Source: Acaryochloris thomasi RCC1774
GTDB taxonomy: Bacteria > Cyanobacteriota > Cyanobacteriia > Thermosynechococcales > Thermosynechococcaceae
Assembly: GCF_003231495.1 (NCBI RefSeq)
Contig: NZ_PQWO01000002.1
Span: 300,001 to 332,000 of the forward strand
DNA: 32,000 nucleotides
Direction of reading: 5' to 3'
Notes under the pieces: model-generated
Database searches by the model: none
Told to the model about the DNA's origin: nothing
Seen by the model: only the letters and a program-made list of their open reading frames with translations
Shown: positions 27,124 to 32,000 of the stretch, one piece after another
How the letters are laid out: every line of letters begins with the position of its first letter
Numbering within the stretch: the first letter of the stretch is position 1
Position numbers and translations under genes: made by a program

Positions 27124-27750
27124 ATGATTTTTGCAATGACAGCGATTGAACTTCAATTAATTCTGGTAGATCCTGTTGCAGAGCTTTGCCAAGAACTGCA
27201 GCATCGATTTGATGGCATGAACTCTGTCTCAGTGGTGAATGGCTACTTTGAAGATCTAGATCGATATGACTGCATGGTTAGTGCAGGCAACTCCTTTGGA
27301 CTCATGGATGGGGGTGTGGATTTGGCCATCATTCGATACTTCGGGCTGGATTTGATGGATACGGTGCAAAGGCATATCCTTAAGGATTTTCGTGGTGAAC
27401 AGCCGGTAGGAACTTCATTCATTGTCAACACTGAACATCCACAGCATCCTTTTTTGGCACATACGCCAACGATGCGTATTCCGATGTCAATTGCCCAGAC
27501 CGATAATGTTTATCAAGCGATGTGGGCTGCGCTATTGGCGGTTTGGCATCACAATCAACAGCATGAACGAAAGATTTACTCTGTTGCTTGTCCAGGTTTG
27601 GGAACTGCGACAGGCCGTATGCCTTTTAAGCAAGCAGCGAAGCAAATGATGCTGGCCTACAAGCATTTCTTGAATCCACCAGAATACATAAGCTGGCCCT
27701 ACGCAACGATTCGGCAGAATGCGATTGGTGCAGGTGGTGATCTATCCTAA
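27124..27750 (+). CDS. Stand-alone macrodomain (ADP-ribose-binding/hydrolase-like) protein
   Basis: VSAGNSFGLMDGGVDLAI corresponds to the macrodomain N-x6-GG-[V/I]-D phosphate/ribose-binding loop. A second glycine loop, ACPGLGTATG, sits at the expected distal position. The ~200-aa size fits a single macro fold. Confidence 0.8.
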   Translation: MIFAMTAIELQLILVDPVAELCQELQHRFDGMNSVSVVNGYFEDLDRYDCMVSAGNSFGLMDGGVDLAIIRYFGLDLMDTVQRHILKDFRGEQPVGTSFIVNTEHPQHPFLAHTPTMRIPMSIAQTDNVYQAMWAALLAVWHHNQQHERKIYSVACPGLGTATGRMPFKQAAKQMMLAYKHFLNPPEYISWPYATIRQNAIGAGGDLS

Positions 27751-27788
27751 GCTGGGTCGCACAATTTGCCCAATGTCGTCTCCTTAAA

Positions 27789-27816
27789 GTGATAGATGAT
27801 GCCCAACCTCATAGAC
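27789..27816 (+). repeat. Right copy of the 28-nt imperfect direct repeat, spanning the start of the MFS gene
   Basis: gtgatAgatgatgcccaaCctcaTaGac covers 7 nt of leader, the ATGATG start and the first codons of the transporter. Confidence 0.7.
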
Positions 27817-29220
27817 TCAGAACGTCAAGAGCAGGCATTATCTCAACCGCTGAACCTCAAAACTAAGCTCACCTATGGGGTGGGAGAAATGTCCAACGAG
27901 GTTCCGGGCAGCATTCTGGTTTTCTTTCTGCTTTTCTTTCTCACCAATAGAGCGGGACTGAATCCAGGATTGGCAGGCAGTGTGCTGCTGGTGGCAAAAA
28001 TCTGGGACGCGATTAACGATCCGCTGGTGGGGTGGCTGAGCGATCGCACCTCTTCTCGCTGGGGCCGCCGCTATCCTTGGATGCTTTGTGGAGCTATTCC
28101 GCTGGGTGTCTGCTTTTGCTTGCTATGGTGGGTGCCGCCTTTCGCCAGTCAGGGTTTGCTGTTTGGCTATTATGTCGCCGTTACGATTCTTTTTTATACA
28201 GCGTTAACCGCCGTTGCGATTCCGTATACAACGTTGGCGTCTGAGCTGACCCAAACCTACGACGAACGGACGGTGCTGGTGAGCTTCAAGGCGATATTTA
28301 GCATTGCCAGCAGCATTTTGGCGCTCGTTGTTGCTCGCATTATTATTGGAGCCATTGCTGATCCGAAGCTGCAGTATTTGATTTTAGGTGCGATCGCAGG
28401 CACCGTTGCCTGTCTTGCCACTGTCTGTTGTGTCTGGGGCACTCGTCAGCGATTTAGGCTAATTCAAGCTCAACGCCAATCGGCCCCACCGGCTGCAATC
28501 TTGCCGATTTTACAGCAGTTTAAAGTAGCCCTCAGTAACCGTCCCTTTTTGTTCGTTGCCGGTATTTATCTCTGCTCTTGGCTTGGCGTTCAGGTGACCG
28601 CCGCTATGCTGCCCTACTACGTTGTCAACTGGATGGGGCTACCCGAACAACACTTTACCCAAATGGCCTTGACGGTGCAGGGTACAGCACTGGTGATGAT
28701 GTTTGTCTGGAGTTATTTAGGGCAGCGTATTGGTAAGCACGCCGTTTACTGTTGCGGGGTGCCGCTGACGCTGTTGGCGCAGGTGAGCTTGTTCCTGCTG
28801 CAGCCGGGACAGGTGGGACTGATGTATGCCGGAGGTGTGTTGGCAGGGCTGGGGCTATCGGTTGCCTATTTAGTGCCTTGGTCGCTGTTGCCTGACGTGG
28901 TGGACTTGGATGAGCTGAAAACCGGGGAACGCCGCGAAGGAATTTTCTTTGGGCTGGTGGTGCAGTTGCAGAAAGTTGCGATCGCACTGTCAATCTTCAT
29001 GGTCGGCAAAATTTTAGATGGGTCTGGCTTTATTGCTGCAGGCGCGGATCAGGCTGCGCCGATTCAGCCTGAGAGTGCGCTGTGGGCGATTCGGTGGCTG
29101 ATTGGTCCCGTGCCCAGCGTTGTGTTGATTGGGGGATGGCTGCTGGCGTACTTCTATCCCCTGACTCGTCAGGTGCACGGGGAAATTCTGCTGAAGCTCA
29201 ACGAGCAGCGTCAAAGCTAG
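27796..29220 (+). CDS. MFS-superfamily transporter of the glycoside-pentoside-hexuronide (GPH, MelB-like) family
   Basis: KLTYGVGEMSNEV......FFLLFFLTN..GL.P.LAG.VLL.AKIWDAINDPLVGWLSDRT.SRWGRRYPWML is the characteristic GPH N-terminal signature. The 474-aa protein has about 12 TM segments. Confidence 0.9.
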   Translation: MMPNLIDSERQEQALSQPLNLKTKLTYGVGEMSNEVPGSILVFFLLFFLTNRAGLNPGLAGSVLLVAKIWDAINDPLVGWLSDRTSSRWGRRYPWMLCGAIPLGVCFCLLWWVPPFASQGLLFGYYVAVTILFYTALTAVAIPYTTLASELTQTYDERTVLVSFKAIFSIASSILALVVARIIIGAIADPKLQYLILGAIAGTVACLATVCCVWGTRQRFRLIQAQRQSAPPAAILPILQQFKVALSNRPFLFVAGIYLCSWLGVQVTAAMLPYYVVNWMGLPEQHFTQMALTVQGTALVMMFVWSYLGQRIGKHAVYCCGVPLTLLAQVSLFLLQPGQVGLMYAGGVLAGLGLSVAYLVPWSLLPDVVDLDELKTGERREGIFFGLVVQLQKVAIALSIFMVGKILDGSGFIAAGADQAAPIQPESALWAIRWLIGPVPSVVLIGGWLLAYFYPLTRQVHGEILLKLNEQRQS

Positions 29221-29472
29221 AACAACGGGACGTGGCGATATGTACAGCATAATCTCGGGCAAAGAAAATGTGAAAAATTTCTACTAAATCTATGATTCAG
29301 AAAATTACTTTCTTGAAAGCACAGAATTGGTATTCTCTGAGATCTTCTTCCCTGCATTAAGTCAACTTGCATGCCTCGTGTGAGAACTAACTCTTCTTGA
29401 TAAACTCTAACTCGTTACCTCTGAATAAAAGATAGCTGTATAACGGCAGACTGCACTACTTCTCACTGATAT

Positions 29473-29931
29473 TTACTGTGATCTTTTGGAGGCATATAGA
29501 TATGTTGCCGCAGATATAAGAAGGAATAAGCAGGCACAAAGTGCGACAGACATATAGATAATATTGAAGCCGGTCTCTATATATTGAGCAACGGCCACCC
29601 CAACAATGGTGGAAAACCCCAGAAACAATACATTGCTGATACTTTTGTATGTCCATCTGCTGGAATACTTAGTGAGCTTTCTTTGTCTCAAAATCCCAAA
29701 CTTGATACTCTCTAGCTGTATGTTTTCGAGCTTTATCTCAGTGAAAGTTATAAGAAAGAAAAGTAAGATACTAGCTATAAACAGTAGATCGCGAATACTT
29801 CCTGGAATTTTGAGATCACCTGCACAGAAAAAAGATACGCCATAGAAAACATAAGATAGCTTCTGTAAAAATGTAAAAAAAATATAAGCCGCAGTTCTTC
29901 TGCCAGTAATAGAGCCTAATCCTAAATTCAT
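29473..29931 (-). CDS. Hypothetical 4-TM membrane protein (152 aa) in a low-GC islet
   Basis: An ATG ORF with four hydrophobic segments and a basic central loop (RQRKLTKYSSRWTYK). It lies 74 nt downstream of the ABC ATPase on the same strand. Its AT-rich codon usage is unlike its neighbours. Confidence 0.55.
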   Translation of the reverse strand: MNLGLGSITGRRTAAYIFFTFLQKLSYVFYGVSFFCAGDLKIPGSIRDLLFIASILLFFLITFTEIKLENIQLESIKFGILRQRKLTKYSSRWTYKSISNVLFLGFSTIVGVAVAQYIETGFNIIYMSVALCACLFLLISAATYLYASKRSQ

Positions 29932-30005
29932 CGTTTATCCTTTGTTCGTCAACCGGATAAAGTCTTGTTTTTTCAAAACTTGCTTTGTGGCCAAGTCTGC
30001 CCTAT

Positions 30006-30677
30006 TTATACCGCAGCCCACTTTTGCAGCAGTTTCTCACGCACTTGCTTTGGATCGCCCTGTTCTGTCACGCGGCCATGCTCCAGCAAAACAGCGCCAT
30101 CACAGTACTCCAGTTCCTCGAGTCGATGCGTGACCCATAGGGCCGATAAGCCTCTGCGTTTAACAATGCTTTGCACCTGCCGCACTAGCTCTATTTGACT
30201 ATCAGGGTCGAGTAGAGCAGTTGGTTCATCTAACAATAAAAGTTCGCAGTGACGTGCGATCGCACCGGCAATGGCAATTCGTTGCTTTTGCCCGCCGCTG
30301 AGGGCATAAATCGGACGGTTACGCAGATGCCATAGATTGACGGCGGTGAGCGCTTCTTCAACCCGCTTTCGCACCTCGGGCAAAGAGAGTTTTTCCTCCA
30401 CGAGCCCAAAGGCGACATCGGCCCCCACCGTCGGCATCACAAGCTGATGATCGGGGTTCTGGAACACGAAGCCCACAGGATTAGCCACTTCTAGCAAACC
30501 TGACTGAGGGACGAGCAAACTGACTAGCAGCTTTAGGAGCGTAGATTTACCGCTGCCGTTGGTGCCCAAGAGCATCCAAAACTCACCCTTGGGCATCGTC
30601 AGAGAACAGCGATCTAGAACAGGTTTATCTGCTGACCACCCAAAACATAAATCTTCGAGGGTGATAGCGTTGGTCAT
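30006..30677 (-). CDS. ABC transporter ATP-binding protein, ECF/CbiO (EcfA-like) type
   Basis: Walker A GTNGSGKST, the FQNPDHQ motif typical of ECF ATPases, signature LSGGQKQR, Walker B LLLLDEP and a switch His (VTH). Confidence 0.92.
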   Translation of the reverse strand: MTNAITLEDLCFGWSADKPVLDRCSLTMPKGEFWMLLGTNGSGKSTLLKLLVSLLVPQSGLLEVANPVGFVFQNPDHQLVMPTVGADVAFGLVEEKLSLPEVRKRVEEALTAVNLWHLRNRPIYALSGGQKQRIAIAGAIARHCELLLLDEPTALLDPDSQIELVRQVQSIVKRRGLSALWVTHRLEELEYCDGAVLLEHGRVTEQGDPKQVREKLLQKWAAV

Positions 30678-30943
30678 GAATTGATGGCTGCAAAAAAGCC
30701 AGGGACATTAGCCCCGCCGCCTCCGCTCGATTTATCTGAGATCTGAACTGCAGAAATCTCGCTGCTGAGGACGCCGATCTTCTTGTCAGTGTCGCGATCG
30801 CACGTCAGCTCCAGCAATTGAGAACTTGAGGATTGAACCGCCGTCAAAATCTTTTGGTAGAGCGCCTCAGCATCATCCGTCTCTTTCCGTTGGACGGCCA
30901 AAGCGAGGGGAGTGCCGCGTAAGGTTACTTCAATGGTGTACAT
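30674..30943 (-). CDS. Small conserved-looking protein (89 aa), possibly DUF3107-like
   Basis: Its stop overlaps the ABC ATPase start (ATGA at 30674-30677). The pattern of an N-terminal beta strand, an acidic helix (TDDAEALYQKILTAV), LELTCDRDTDKKIGVLSSEISAVQI and a Gly-rich tail resembles my recollection of DUF3107. Confidence 0.6.
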   Translation of the reverse strand: MYTIEVTLRGTPLALAVQRKETDDAEALYQKILTAVQSSSSQLLELTCDRDTDKKIGVLSSEISAVQISDKSSGGGGANVPGFFAAINS

Positions 30944-31053
30944 AAATCATGTTCTTGGGTGAGTCGTTTATACATAGTCACCAGCGGTTGGCTGGGAGAC
31001 TACGCTATGCTCCAGTATTGCAAATTTCGCCAGCGGCAGGGCAGATTTCCGCC

Positions 31054-32000
31054 CTAATTTTCGCCACTTCCCATCAGGTACAGCAGCGCCATCCTTACCG
31101 CTACGCCGCTGGTGACCTGTTGACTCACTAAGCTGAGGGCCGGATCATCCATCAAGTCTGAGCTAATTTCTACCCCGCGATTAGTGGGGCCGGGGTGCAG
31201 AATTTTGACGCTGGGCTGGCAGAGTTGGATGCGATCGCGCGTAATCCCATAGCGTTGGTAATACTCTCGAATGCTGGGAATTAAATGCTGGGCCATCCGC
31301 TCATGCTGCAGGCGCAGCGTCATTACAAAATCAGCCTCTCGAAGGGCTGGCTCCAGCTCCCAGTGAACGGTGGCACCGTAGTCTGAGAACGCTTCGGGTG
31401 CCAGCGTTGGCGGACCGGCAATGTGGACCTCTGCACCACAGGTGACCAGGCTGGCAAGATTAGAGCGGGCAACCCGTGAATGGAGAATATCGCCCACAAT
31501 CGCAATTTTTTTGCCCTTCAGCAGTTCGGTGTTGGGATTGTGAGCGTCCAGCGTACAGCATAGGGTAAACAAATCCAGCAGCCCCTGGGACGGATGCTCA
31601 TGGAAGCCGTCACCTGCATTGAGGACGCCTACTTTCCCCCCCAGCCGATCCATTGCGGTGGCAATCATCTGCGGTACTCCGGCCTCTTGGTGACGAATCA
31701 CCATCAAATCGGTCCCCATGGCCAGGAACGTTTTCGCCGTGTCCAGAATTGTTTCCCCTTTACTGAGGGAAGAGGTTCCGGGCGAGAAATTGAGGACATC
31801 GGCAGAGAGTCGCTTCGCCGCCAGCTCAAAACTGCTGCGGGTCCGGGTTGAAGGTTCAAAAAATAGGTTGGTTACTAAGCGGGCCTGCAGCGTCGGGACT
31901 TTCTTGGCGCGGCGTTTTAGCACCCCACTAAAGCTGTGGGCGGTCTGCAAAACAATATCGAGTTCCTGGGCCGTGAAGTCAGCCAGTGAGAGGACGTGGT
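31054..32000 (-). CDS. pyrB: Aspartate carbamoyltransferase catalytic subunit PyrB (5' end outside window)
   Basis: [16 protein letters not shown] and HPGP motifs are present. The frame stays open upstream of the track's TTG and reads [23 protein letters not shown] to the window edge. Confidence 0.95.
   Translation of the reverse strand, partial: HVLSLADFTAQELDIVLQTAHSFSGVLKRRAKKVPTLQARLVTNLFFEPSTRTRSSFELAAKRLSADVLNFSPGTSSLSKGETILDTAKTFLAMGTDLMVIRHQEAGVPQMIATAMDRLGGKVGVLNAGDGFHEHPSQGLLDLFTLCCTLDAHNPNTELLKGKKIAIVGDILHSRVARSNLASLVTCGAEVHIAGPPTLAPEAFSDYGATVHWELEPALREADFVMTLRLQHERMAQHLIPSIREYYQRYGITRDRIQLCQPSVKILHPGPTNRGVEISSDLMDDPALSLVSQQVTSGVAVRMALLYLMGSGEN

Noticed and set aside
27124-27750. 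The macrodomain protein as a DarG antitoxin of a DarTG system.
   Set aside because: No DarT-like (DUF4433, ~200 aa) gene is adjacent. The neighbouring ORFs are 67 and 70 aa and are divergently transcribed, so the DarTG architecture is not met.
29456-29656. A 66-aa ORF overlapping the 152-aa membrane ORF on the same strand.
   Set aside because: It is fully nested in a different frame of the longer, more protein-like ORF, within AT-rich DNA.
29209-29983. Possible flanking direct repeats of the low-GC islet (gtcaaagctag at 29209 versus ttcaaaacttg at 29973).
   Set aside because: Only 8 of 11 positions match, which is within chance expectation, so there is no support for target-site duplication.

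Overview
This window looks like a cyanobacterial chromosome segment. The evidence is psaC, a CP43/IsiA/Pcb-type antenna gene, the atp1-atpI-H-G-F-D-A-C ATP synthase operon in cyanobacterial order, and at least 19 copies of the HIP1 octamer GCGATCGC. Most of the window is core housekeeping: moaE, psaC, a CugP-like NDP-sugar pyrophosphorylase, a Fur/Zur-family regulator, an ABC1 kinase, hisB, eight ATP synthase genes, exbB-exbD, an RCK-gated channel, a GPH/MFS transporter, an ECF-type ABC ATPase and pyrB. I found no rRNA, tRNA, CRISPR array, transposase or integrase, and I cannot support a clear-cut new multi-gene system. The best candidate is at 26.5-27.8 kb. There, a 28-nt imperfect direct repeat, whose right copy is the start of the MFS gene, brackets a roughly 1.25-kb insertion. 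The insertion carries a stand-alone macrodomain protein and two tightly linked small ORFs. Secondary oddities are a ~0.7-kb low-GC islet encoding a 4-TM protein (29.2-29.9 kb), a 31-bp perfect hairpin after the atp operon, an RCK channel whose filter reads TVGFLE instead of TVGYGD, and an ExbD with a 90-aa proline-rich tail. All calls rest on reading the ORF translations and DNA by eye; no database searches were run.
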